From Planctomycetota bacterium (GTDB lineage: Bacteria > Planctomycetota > Planctomycetia > Pirellulales > Lacipirellulaceae): a stretch of DNA of 64,000 nt. The position numbers and the translations under genes are program-made. The stretch spans positions 33,706 to 97,705 of the forward strand of contig JBCCXZ010000007.1 of assembly GCA_039190745.1 (NCBI GenBank). Direction: 5' to 3'. Shown here piece by piece: positions 10,235 to 19,117 of this stretch (within the stretch, counting starts at the first letter, position 1; every line of letters starts with the position of its first letter). Under the pieces are notes generated by a model. It was not told the origin of the DNA, made no database searches, and saw only the letters and a program-made list of their open reading frames with translations.

Positions 10235-11174
10235 CGTAACGCAGCATGGTAAGTCCTGCTTCCCAATCATGGAAATCCTCGAGAGGTTCATCTCGGCAGT
10301 ACTCGCGTAGCAACCAACCGGGGTAGTTTGCTCCCGCTTCGTAACTCAGGGGATACCCGCCGCCGAACCGCGGGTTGATCTCAATGCCGAGCAGCTCACC
10401 CGTTGTTGCATGACGGAAGACCTGAGCCGTCAGGCATCCACGGGCGCCTCGCAGTCCCGCAAAGCAATCCCACAGCTGACAGTACTCCGGTAATCGCGTG
10501 GTCCTGCCCTTACTCACCTCGCCGGCACGCGTTTCCAAACGGAGCCTCGGAACAAGACACTTCAGCGTGCCCTCTACGTCGTAGTAAAGATCGATCGTGA
10601 ACTCCTCGTAGACCGCGGGGTCGACGTACTCGTTCAGAACCATCTGTGGCTCTTCAGGCCCGAGAGCAAGCAGCTCGTCTCTAGACCGCAAGAGCCGTAC
10701 ACCTTGACTGCAGCTACCGCCGACTGGACGAGCAAAAAGCGGATAGTCCGATTCCGCCGGGTTCTCCACTAGGCGTGGGCTCTTGATGCCGATCCCGCCG
10801 AAGAGGTCTTCGGCACGCCTCTTATCTCGACATGCCTCCACAAGCGCAAGATCGGAAACCGCAACCGACACGCCGCGGTCTTGGAAACGCCGACGACTCT
10901 CGGCAAGCGATTGGAGCTCGGTGTCGATCGTGGGTACGACAAGCGCGACGTCGTGCTCCTCGCACAACTCAAGCAGCACCGGCACGTAGTCCAGCGAGCT
11001 GACTCTAGGTAGTGCAAATGCGCGATCAGCGAGCTTGCACGCGGCGGACATACCGGGACGCAAGTCGCCCGCAAAAACCTGGGCGCCCGGTAAGGAGCCG
11101 GCGGCTTCGCGTTGGAAGACCTGCACAAGCACACCCCGACGGCCAGCAGAAGTGATCAGAACGTTCCCTCGCAT
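10200..11174 (-). CDS. ATP-grasp domain protein (carbamoyl-phosphate-synthase-like, polysaccharide associated)
   Basis: NVLITSAGRR, VVPTIDTEL, EINPRFGGGYP motifs; likely start ATG 11174. Confidence 0.85.
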   Translation of the reverse strand: MRGNVLITSAGRRGVLVQVFQREAAGSLPGAQVFAGDLRPGMSAACKLADRAFALPRVSSLDYVPVLLELCEEHDVALVVPTIDTELQSLAESRRRFQDRGVSVAVSDLALVEACRDKRRAEDLFGGIGIKSPRLVENPAESDYPLFARPVGGSCSQGVRLLRSRDELLALGPEEPQMVLNEYVDPAVYEEFTIDLYYDVEGTLKCLVPRLRLETRAGEVSKGRTTRLPEYCQLWDCFAGLRGARGCLTAQVFRHATTGELLGIEINPRFGGGYPLSYEAGANYPGWLLREYCRDEPLEDFHDWEAGLTMLRYDGQVFVRDSAA

Positions 11175-11185
11175 ACGCCTCTCCC

Positions 11186-12403
11186 TTAAGCCGCTGCATG
11201 AGCATTTGTCGACAAACGTTCGGGCAGTGCCGCGATGGCGTCCACCCAAGACTGGACCTGCGCCTCTGGGATGGTCGGGTGTACCGGGATCATGAGACTG
11301 GTCTCCCCGAGTTCTCGGGCAACAAGATGACGCTCCGCAGGGCGCCAACTTAAGGGGAAGGCCTCCTCTAAGTAGATTTCACTACAACTACCAGAAAAGC
11401 ACGGTACACCCTCGTCTCGGAGAGTTCGTATCAAACGATCACGGTCCCAGCCGCGAGGGAGGCGGTCCGGTTCCACAAAGCAGTAAAACTTGTAGCCGGC
11501 GTGGCAAGCCTCGGGCCCGGGAAGCGGAGCCCTCAAGAACTGCGTCTCAGCACAGGCAGCCGCCAAACGCAAGAGATTTCGTCTACGCGTCGCGGACCAT
11601 TCCGGCATCCGGGTCAGTTGGACCCGGCCGATAGCCGCCTGCATCTCCGTCATCCGGAAGTTGGAACCAAACCCCTCGTGCAACCAACGGAACTTGCTGG
11701 ATGGGGGTTGTCGATCGTAGTACGCCGAAGGCGTCTTCCCGTGATCTTTGTACCTCCAAGCGCGATCCCAGAGATCTGAACGATTGGTGGTCAGCATGCC
11801 GCCCTCGCCTCCGGTCGACATAATCTTATCTTGGCAGAAAGAGAAAGCCGCGACGTCTCCGAGTGACCCGACCCGGCGGCCTTTGTACTCCGCCCCGTGG
11901 GCCTGCGCACAGTCCTCCACCACACCGATCCCCCGCCCGCGCACAAGATCGATAATCGGGGCCGCGTCACACGGCCAACCGGCCAAATGCACTAAGATCA
12001 CCGCTTTGGTCCTCTGCGAGAGTTGCGGCTCGACCGTGGCGGCGTTGAGCGTTTGGCTGTCCCGATCGACATCGGCACAAACCGGGCGGGCCCCGCGGGC
12101 GACCACGCTGCTGGCCGTTGCAATAAACGTGCGGCTCGGGACGACCACTTCATCACCAGGGCCAACCCCCAAAGAATGCAAAGCCAGCTCAAGAGCAAGC
12201 GTGCCATTGGCTGTTGCCACCGCGTGCCGACACCCGCAGTACGCGGCAAACTCTGCTTCAAACTGCCGGCCTTGGTTGCCGGTCCAGTAATTTACCTGCC
12301 CGGAACGGAGTACCGAATTCACCGCGGCGATCGATTCCTCGTCGTACTCAGGCCAAGCAGGAGGGGCGCTCCCAGCTCCGCGTTGACCAACCATCGCAAG
12401 CAT
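11186..12403 (-). CDS. DegT/DnrJ/EryC1/StrS PLP-dependent sugar aminotransferase (PglE-like)
   Basis: NGTLALELAL, EDCAQAHGA, FSFCQDKIMSTGGEGGM motifs. Confidence 0.92.
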   Translation of the reverse strand: MLAMVGQRGAGSAPPAWPEYDEESIAAVNSVLRSGQVNYWTGNQGRQFEAEFAAYCGCRHAVATANGTLALELALHSLGVGPGDEVVVPSRTFIATASSVVARGARPVCADVDRDSQTLNAATVEPQLSQRTKAVILVHLAGWPCDAAPIIDLVRGRGIGVVEDCAQAHGAEYKGRRVGSLGDVAAFSFCQDKIMSTGGEGGMLTTNRSDLWDRAWRYKDHGKTPSAYYDRQPPSSKFRWLHEGFGSNFRMTEMQAAIGRVQLTRMPEWSATRRRNLLRLAAACAETQFLRAPLPGPEACHAGYKFYCFVEPDRLPRGWDRDRLIRTLRDEGVPCFSGSCSEIYLEEAFPLSWRPAERHLVARELGETSLMIPVHPTIPEAQVQSWVDAIAALPERLSTNAHAAA

Positions 12404-12448
12404 GTCACTCCTCGTGAAGTAGGGACCAAGGGGATAATGGTCTCGCGT

Positions 12449-14335
12449 TCAAGCCGCGTGACTTTCCGTCGAATACTCTGTTTGGGCGACTCGTCTCGTC
12501 GAAGAGCCTTGGAAGACCGGCATCGTCGGATGGCCTTCGGCCGAAACGCCCGAGCGACTCAACACGTTCACTACCGTTTGGCACAAGATCTTCAAGTCCC
12601 CGCTTAAAGAAACCGCACGCGTGTACTGGACATCGAGCGCAAACTTCTCTTCCCAAGCCAGCCCATTCCGGCCCGAGACCTGCGCGAGCCCCGTGAGCCC
12701 AGGCTTTACGTCATGGCGACGGCGCTGCTCATCAGAGTATCGCGGCAAGTACTCGGGGAGTAATGGCCGCGGCCCGACTAGGCTCATATCACCGCGGACA
12801 ACGTTCCAAAGCCCGGGAAGCTCATCCAGGCTTGAAGCCCGAAGCCATTGCCCAAGCTTCGTCAAACGCACACCGTCGCTCAATGAATTCCCATCCGCAT
12901 CGTATGCGTCACGCATGCTTCGGAACTTCAGCATCTCGAACTGGCTCTCGTTCAGACCCGGTCGTTGCTGCCGGAAAAGTATTGGGGAGCCCATCCGTAG
13001 ACGGATCACCACGGAAATCAGCAACATAGGCAGTGCCGACAACGCCAGCGCGGGAACCGCAATCGACAAGTCGAACAGCCTCTTACCGCGTTTCGCATAA
13101 AACTTTGCCCATCTGGATTTCTGCTGTGCGCGCTCCAGTGAACCTTCGATTCGATCGATCTGCTCGGACCGACAAAAATCGCGCCGGAAGAGCTGCCGCG
13201 CAGCCGTTGCGTAGGATTCCCGCTCTTCCTCCGAGAGGCTAACAAACCCCCGAATCGCCGAAGCCATAGACTGTGCGTCGGAAGGAACCGCGACGACGCC
13301 GCATCCGTTCTCACGCACGAGGTCCGACGCCTCGCCGGCCACGGCCATCAACAGTGGACGACCACTAGAAAGGTAATCGACCGTCTTCGACGGGATCGAC
13401 ACCTCCGACATCGGGTCTTGCTTCAGGTGCACCAACAAGAGGTCCGACAGAGCGAACATCTTGGTTATTTCGCAAGGCTTGCGTCGACCAATAAAGCGGA
13501 CGTTCTGCAATCCCATCTCGGAAACACGGCGCGTGAGATCCTCTCGTTCGACGCCATCGCCAGCGATCGTGAAGAGAATCTCTGGTCGGTCTCGTAAGAG
13601 GTCCGCCGCGTCGAGCACAGTCTGCAACTGTTGGCACGGCCCGATCGCCCCGGCGTACAGGATGTTAAATCTTCCAGAGAACCCCTCATCCAAGGCAAAG
13701 GCCTCATCTTGAGCGACCTCTCCGAACAAACCCTTGGCAGGCCACCAACGCACAAGGTTAATCTTCGCGGGGTCAACCCCTAGCCCAATGAGGTTCTGTC
13801 GGTACCCCTCGGTAAGTACGTTTATCTCAGCCGCACCCATATATATGAACTTCGCTAACCTACGGATCAGGCTCAGGAGCCGCTGATCGCGGAGCATTCC
13901 GCTCGCCGCGACGCTCTCGGGCCAGAGATCAGCGAGATCGACGACATAAGGCACTCTCCTAAGCCGGCTGTAGGCCCATGCAGCTAGACCGGTCGGCAGA
14001 GCCGACTGGTAGACCATTACAACGTCAGGCCGTTCCGCACGGAGAAGACCGAGCCACACTGCGTTGAACGCAAATGAGAGGTAGTACAGAACTCGACGGA
14101 TGACCGATCGGCTGTGGTCTGGCATCTGCGGCACCCGAAGAACATCGACCCCGTCGAGCGTTTCACGACCACGAAGGGATTGCCGATAACCCGGGTAAGT
14201 CTTGCCGGCGGGGTAACAGGGAAAACCTGTTAACACCTGAACATCGTGACCTCGCTTCTTCAGCTCGCACGCCAAGTCAACCAGCCGGCCGGCCGGCTCG
14301 GGTGCGTAGTACTGAGTGAGCCACAGTATCTTCAT
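12449..14335 (-). CDS. Fusion of WbuB-like GT4 glycosyltransferase (N-term) and PglC-like phosphoglycosyl transferase (C-term)
   Basis: N-term TQYYAPE...PSK motifs of the WbuB group; C-term KRLFD, FRQQRPG, KFRSM, SLDELP, GDMSLVGPRP, KPGLTGLAQV of bacterial sugar transferases, all in one frame. Confidence 0.88.
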   Translation of the reverse strand: MKILWLTQYYAPEPAGRLVDLACELKKRGHDVQVLTGFPCYPAGKTYPGYRQSLRGRETLDGVDVLRVPQMPDHSRSVIRRVLYYLSFAFNAVWLGLLRAERPDVVMVYQSALPTGLAAWAYSRLRRVPYVVDLADLWPESVAASGMLRDQRLLSLIRRLAKFIYMGAAEINVLTEGYRQNLIGLGVDPAKINLVRWWPAKGLFGEVAQDEAFALDEGFSGRFNILYAGAIGPCQQLQTVLDAADLLRDRPEILFTIAGDGVEREDLTRRVSEMGLQNVRFIGRRKPCEITKMFALSDLLLVHLKQDPMSEVSIPSKTVDYLSSGRPLLMAVAGEASDLVRENGCGVVAVPSDAQSMASAIRGFVSLSEEERESYATAARQLFRRDFCRSEQIDRIEGSLERAQQKSRWAKFYAKRGKRLFDLSIAVPALALSALPMLLISVVIRLRMGSPILFRQQRPGLNESQFEMLKFRSMRDAYDADGNSLSDGVRLTKLGQWLRASSLDELPGLWNVVRGDMSLVGPRPLLPEYLPRYSDEQRRRHDVKPGLTGLAQVSGRNGLAWEEKFALDVQYTRAVSLSGDLKILCQTVVNVLSRSGVSAEGHPTMPVFQGSSTRRVAQTEYSTESHAA

Positions 14336-14336
14336 G

Positions 14337-15470
14337 CTAAGCCGCCAGAATCCCGTCCCATTGGTGACCGAGCTTCGCCGTACCCAACAGCAGCTTCACC
14401 ACGCGGTGCGAGGTGTTCGTCACCTCGTACTCCCGCGGGATCGCGTGCCCGCGGCCCGCCTCGCGGTTCTGCGTGACGAACCCGATCGAACGCAGCACCG
14501 TCTCTGTATCCAGCCCCGTCAGAACAATGTGCCCAGAGTCCATCGCCTCGGGCCGCTCCATCGCCGTACGCATCGTCACGGCCGGGAAACCCAAGATCGC
14601 CGACTCTTCGCTGATCGTCCCGCTGTCAGAAAGCGTGCAGAACGCCTCTGTCTGCAACCGCACGTAGTCGTGGTAGCCGAACGGCGGCAGGAACCGCACG
14701 CCGGCGTCCGCGTCGCGGCCCAACGACTCGAGCCGCTGGCGGGTGCGCGGATGCGTGCTGACAATCACTGGCATGCCGTAACGCTGGCAGACCGTATCGA
14801 TGGTCTCCAGCAGCTGCTCTAGCCGAGGCTTGATATCGACGTTTTCCGCCCGGTGCATACTCACCAGGAAGAATTTGCTGGACTCGAGCGAGAGCTCGTC
14901 CAGCACCCGCGAAGCGGCAATCGGCTCTCGGCACGAGTCGAGCACCTCACGCATCGGCGAGCCCGTCAGGTAAATCTTCCGCGGGTGGACGCCCTCGGCG
15001 AGCAGGTTCCGCCGGGCGTGCTCGGTGTACACCAGATTGAAATCACTGATATGGTCCACGATCCGGCGATTGAGCTCCTCGGGCACATTGAAATCGAAGC
15101 ACCGGTTGCCCGCTTCCATGTGGTACAGCGGGATGCGCATCCGCCGGGCGATCACCCCCGCGAACGCGCTGTTCGTGTCGCCCAGGATCAGCACCGCGTC
15201 GGGTTGTTCTTCTTGCAGCACCGCTTCGGTCTTCACGAGCACGTCGCCCAAGATACGGCCCAACGAGCTGCGGTCGATATTCAGAAAATGATCCGGCTGG
15301 CGGACCTTCAGGTCGCGGAAGAAGACCTCGTTCAACTCGTAGTCCGAGTTCTGCCCGGTGTGCACGACCCGATGATCGGCGTGCTCGTCGAGCAGCGACA
15401 TCACACGCGACAACCGGATAATCTCCGGCCGGGTACCCAAAACCGTCATTACCTTTAGAGGAGCCGTCAT
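14337..15470 (-). CDS. fnlC: UDP-2-acetamido-2,6-dideoxy-L-talose 2-epimerase (non-hydrolysing 2-epimerase family; FnlC/WbjD/CapG type)
   Basis: GTRPEIIRLS, HTGQN, GDTNS, HMEAGNRCFD, SDSGTISEE; follows fnlA and fnlB; start ATG 15470. Confidence 0.85.
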   Translation of the reverse strand: MTAPLKVMTVLGTRPEIIRLSRVMSLLDEHADHRVVHTGQNSDYELNEVFFRDLKVRQPDHFLNIDRSSLGRILGDVLVKTEAVLQEEQPDAVLILGDTNSAFAGVIARRMRIPLYHMEAGNRCFDFNVPEELNRRIVDHISDFNLVYTEHARRNLLAEGVHPRKIYLTGSPMREVLDSCREPIAASRVLDELSLESSKFFLVSMHRAENVDIKPRLEQLLETIDTVCQRYGMPVIVSTHPRTRQRLESLGRDADAGVRFLPPFGYHDYVRLQTEAFCTLSDSGTISEESAILGFPAVTMRTAMERPEAMDSGHIVLTGLDTETVLRSIGFVTQNREAGRGHAIPREYEVTNTSHRVVKLLLGTAKLGHQWDGILAA

Positions 15471-15519
15471 CGCAAGCCTCCCTGAACCAGCCTGGCAGTC
15501 CGTGCAGAACAGCGTCTGC

Positions 15520-16641
15520 TTACGCCACCTGCTCGTAAAACGTATCGGGGTCTTCCGCCTCAAAAATCTCGTTGCACCAGAACATCGTCAGCAGCTCGTC
15601 ATCGCCGACGTTCTCGATCTGATGGGTGTGCAGCACGGGGATCGAAACAAACTCCGGCTTCTCGCCCGAAATCCGGAACTCGTGGACACTGTCGTCGTCC
15701 ACACGGCGCATGCGGATCGCCGCCTCGCCGCGCAGCACGCAGAACCACTCGATCTTCCGCGTGTGGTAGTGGTTGCCGCGCACCACGCCCGGCTTGGTGG
15801 TCGAGTAGAACACCTGCCCGCCGCCGGCCAGCCGGATCACCTCGAACAGCTTGCCGCGGTCGTCCGCGTGAACCGTCGGCCGGATCGCGTGCGCTTCCGG
15901 CGGCAAGTAGTAGCGGTAGGTGGCGTACAGGCTCGCGTCGAGCGCGTCGTTCAAGTCGGGCACGACGTCCGACGCGTCGCTGTCGCGAAAGCCTTCGATC
16001 TTCGCGAGCAGCTCTGTAACCGAAAGCTCCGCCGTCCCGCTCACCCGGACGCTCCCGCCCGACAGGTCACGCCCCAATGCCGCCTTGCTGATCTGCTCGA
16101 CCAGCTGGTTGACCCAGACAAACTCGATCCGGCTGTCCTGGACAACCGTGGGCGACTCGCCAACGGCGACCTGATGGCAAAACGTGGCCACCACAGAATT
16201 GTAGAACGGTTTGCACCCGGGACCGTAGACGTTCGGTATCACCAGCGACGCCGACTCGCGCCCGGAGGCACTCGCGGCCCACTCGGCGACGCGTCGCTCG
16301 CCGTAGGCCTTCGACCGGCCGTAGGGGTTGTCTCGCTCACTCTGCGTGGAAGACGCAAAAACCACCCTGGGCGGATCGCCTGCCGCGGAAGCGGCGTCGA
16401 GTAGCAGGTCGATCAATCCGCGGTTCACACGCTCGATCTCGCCGTCTTCGCCTCGGTTCATCCCGGCGAGGTGAACGACCGCGTCGCAGCCCGCGACCCA
16501 ATCGGCCAAGGCCGAGTCGTCGGCCCACGCCTCACGAGGGCACTCGCGCACGTCGACGCCATCGAGCGAGCGCAAGCGCCGCACCAGATGGCTACCGACA
16601 AACCCGCCGGAACCTGTCACGCCCACAGTCTGATTGCTCAT
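15520..16641 (-). CDS. fnlB: SDR plus cupin bifunctional protein (FnlB/WbjC/CapF type)
   Basis: TGSGGFVG, YGRSK, PFYNSVVATFC, C-terminal cupin RGNHYHTRKIEWF; ATG 16641 overlaps the fnlA stop (ATGA). Confidence 0.88.
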   Translation of the reverse strand: MSNQTVGVTGSGGFVGSHLVRRLRSLDGVDVRECPREAWADDSALADWVAGCDAVVHLAGMNRGEDGEIERVNRGLIDLLLDAASAAGDPPRVVFASSTQSERDNPYGRSKAYGERRVAEWAASASGRESASLVIPNVYGPGCKPFYNSVVATFCHQVAVGESPTVVQDSRIEFVWVNQLVEQISKAALGRDLSGGSVRVSGTAELSVTELLAKIEGFRDSDASDVVPDLNDALDASLYATYRYYLPPEAHAIRPTVHADDRGKLFEVIRLAGGGQVFYSTTKPGVVRGNHYHTRKIEWFCVLRGEAAIRMRRVDDDSVHEFRISGEKPEFVSIPVLHTHQIENVGDDELLTMFWCNEIFEAEDPDTFYEQVA

Positions 16642-17696
16642 GCCGCAAGCCTCGGCTTGGTTTCTTCGGCCGACCGCGAAGCCCTCCACTGCTCGAGCTC
16701 CGCACGCACCTCCGGAAGACGGAGCAGCAACTGCTCGGTCTGTCGGACGCTCAACTGCGGCGCGTTCTCCGACGTGTAACCCTCGCGGGCCACCGCCTCG
16801 GAGATAGAACCCCGCAGGAAGTACTGGTCGTAGTCGCGGCCCCGCTCGGCGTGTATGCGGAAGTACTCGCCGCAGTCCTCCGCACGGGTGAGCTCCTCGG
16901 AGTTCACAAGCACTTCGTGCATCTTCTCACCGGCCCGGATACCGACGACCTCCATCGGGTTGCTCACCTCGAACAGATTCAAGAGCGCCTTAGCGAGCAC
17001 TTCGACCGTCGTCGCGGCCGCCTTACGAACAAAGATGTCGCCGCGCGATCCGTGCTCCAACGCGAACGCCACGAGGTCGACCGCCTCGGAAAGCGGCAGC
17101 AGCAGCCGCGTCATCTTCGGTTCGGTCAGCGTCAGCGGTCTGCCGGACTTGATCAAATCGATGAACAGCGGGATCACCGACCCCCGGCTGTACATCACGT
17201 TGCCGTACCGCACGCCGCAGTAGACCGTCGGAGAAGACTGGTCCCGCGAGCGGGAGAGCATCAGCTTCTCCATCAGGGCCTTCGTCTGGCCCATCGCGTT
17301 GATCGGGTAGACCGCCTTGTCGGTGCCGAGCACCACCAGCTTCTTCACCGAGTTCCGATCGGCCGCCTCCAGCACGTTGTTCGTCCCGATGACGTTCGTC
17401 TGGACCGCTTCCATAGGGAAGAACTCGCACGAGGGCACCTGCTTTAATGCCGCAGCGTGAAAGACATAGTCCACCCCGCGCATCGCCTGCATCAGGTTGT
17501 CACGGCTTCGGACGTCGCCGATCACGAACGACAACCGCGGGTCGTCGAACTTCAGCCGCATGTCGTGCTGCTTCTTCTCGTCCCGGCTGTAGACGATCAC
17601 CCGCTCGGGCTTGTGGCTCTCGAGGGCGAGCTTGATGAAGTCGTTACCAAAAGAACCGGTGCCGCCGGTAACCAGCAGCGTCTGGCCGTCGATCAT
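16638..17696 (-). CDS. fnlA: UDP-GlcNAc 4,6-dehydratase/5-epimerase (FnlA/WbjB/CapE type)
   Basis: TGGTGSFG, SRDEKKQ, HAAALKQVPSCEFFP, TDKAVYPINAMG, RYGNV..SRGSVIP. Confidence 0.9.
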   Translation of the reverse strand: MIDGQTLLVTGGTGSFGNDFIKLALESHKPERVIVYSRDEKKQHDMRLKFDDPRLSFVIGDVRSRDNLMQAMRGVDYVFHAAALKQVPSCEFFPMEAVQTNVIGTNNVLEAADRNSVKKLVVLGTDKAVYPINAMGQTKALMEKLMLSRSRDQSSPTVYCGVRYGNVMYSRGSVIPLFIDLIKSGRPLTLTEPKMTRLLLPLSEAVDLVAFALEHGSRGDIFVRKAAATTVEVLAKALLNLFEVSNPMEVVGIRAGEKMHEVLVNSEELTRAEDCGEYFRIHAERGRDYDQYFLRGSISEAVAREGYTSENAPQLSVRQTEQLLLRLPEVRAELEQWRASRSAEETKPRLAA

Positions 17697-17964
17697 GGGA
17701 GGGCTGTGGGGTTAAGGCCGGGTTGGGAGGGGGAGATCGCCGCCTAGGGCGATCCGGGCGGGGCGACCATCAGCGGGGAGCCCCGTGGGGGCGGGCAGAG
17801 TAGGACACGCCCACAAGAGGCCGCAATAGCAGTCGGGACGACCGGCGAATGGGCAGCGTTTCCGGCCTTGCCCCTCCCGAGCCGCTTCTGTACAAGCCCG
17901 AACCGGCCGCGAGACAACCCGCACGCGGCCCCCGCCCCCACCGACACACCAATCCCCCCCCAGC

Positions 17965-19071
17965 ATGAGCACACGGCCGGCCCTCAGCCTCCGGTTCCAC
18001 CTCTGGAATACCGCCCTCGCGACGCTCTTTTTCTGCGTCGCCGCGGGCGGTTGCCGCACAGGCGGCTACCAGGCCGCGAAGCTGCCCGACGCGATGCGTG
18101 CGCCATCTATCGCGTCGAAGCCCAAGATCGACCTAGCCAGCCTCGGCACCGCGGGAGACGCCGCTTCCAGGCTCTATCGCGGCGACTTGCTTGAGCTGAC
18201 GATCCTCAGCGGCGAGGACGGAGAGAAGAAAGAACCGACGCTCGCTCGTGTCGCAGAGAACGGCACGGTCGACGTACCCGTCGTGGGAGCCGTGCCCGTC
18301 GAAGGGCTTGAACCGACCGATGCCGGGGCCCGGATAGCCGCGGCCTCAGTCGAGCGGGGCTTCTACCTGCGGCCGCACGTCGCGGTAGAAATCAAGACCA
18401 AAGCGGTGAACAAGATCACCGTCCTCGGCGCCGTTCAGGAACCCGGTGTGCACGAGATCCCACGCAATGCGTGCGACCTCGTCAGCGCCATCGCCGCGGC
18501 CGGAGGCCTAGCCGAAGACGCCAGCACCGAGGTCGAAGTCCTCAGCCATCAAACCACATCCGGTACCGGCAACCCCTACGGGATCCCCAACCCCACGGCC
18601 GTAGTCACCGCCTCAGCGACCTCGGCGCCGGCGGGGCCGCGCATCGCCCGGCTCGACCTGGCCAAGGCCACCCGGCAGTCCATCAGCGAACAGCACCTCG
18701 CCGACCGAGACGTCGTGATGGTTCGCCCCACCGAAGAGCGGCTCATCCACGTCACCGGCGTGGTCGAGACGCCCGATCAATTCGAGCTCCCCGACGGACA
18801 AGACGTCCGCCTACTCGACGCGGTGGCCCTCGCCGGCGGCCCTAGCTCACCCGTGGCCGACAAGGTCATCATCCTCCGCAATCGGAAAGACGGAGGCGCC
18901 CCCGTGGTGATCAACGCAAGCCTAGGGCGGGCCAAGAAGAACAACCGTGAGAACTTGCGGCTAGCAGCCGGAGACATGGTCAGTGTCGAGCAGACGCCGG
19001 CGACCACTCTGCTCGATACGCTCGAGAAACTCTTCCGCATCTCGGTAGGCACCACCACCAACCTCTTCTAG
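17965..19071 (+). CDS. wza: Polysaccharide export lipoprotein (Wza/Poly_export with SLBB domains)
   Basis: Lipobox-like AGGC, GDLLEL..., ITVLGAVQEPG and IHVTGVV SLBB repeats; upstream of wzc. Confidence 0.85.
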   Translation: MSTRPALSLRFHLWNTALATLFFCVAAGGCRTGGYQAAKLPDAMRAPSIASKPKIDLASLGTAGDAASRLYRGDLLELTILSGEDGEKKEPTLARVAENGTVDVPVVGAVPVEGLEPTDAGARIAAASVERGFYLRPHVAVEIKTKAVNKITVLGAVQEPGVHEIPRNACDLVSAIAAAGGLAEDASTEVEVLSHQTTSGTGNPYGIPNPTAVVTASATSAPAGPRIARLDLAKATRQSISEQHLADRDVVMVRPTEERLIHVTGVVETPDQFELPDGQDVRLLDAVALAGGPSSPVADKVIILRNRKDGGAPVVINASLGRAKKNNRENLRLAAGDMVSVEQTPATTLLDTLEKLFRISVGTTTNLF

Positions 19072-19117
19072 CCCCCATAACAAGAGCGTCACAAACGACG
19101 CAGCCAACGCCCGGCCG

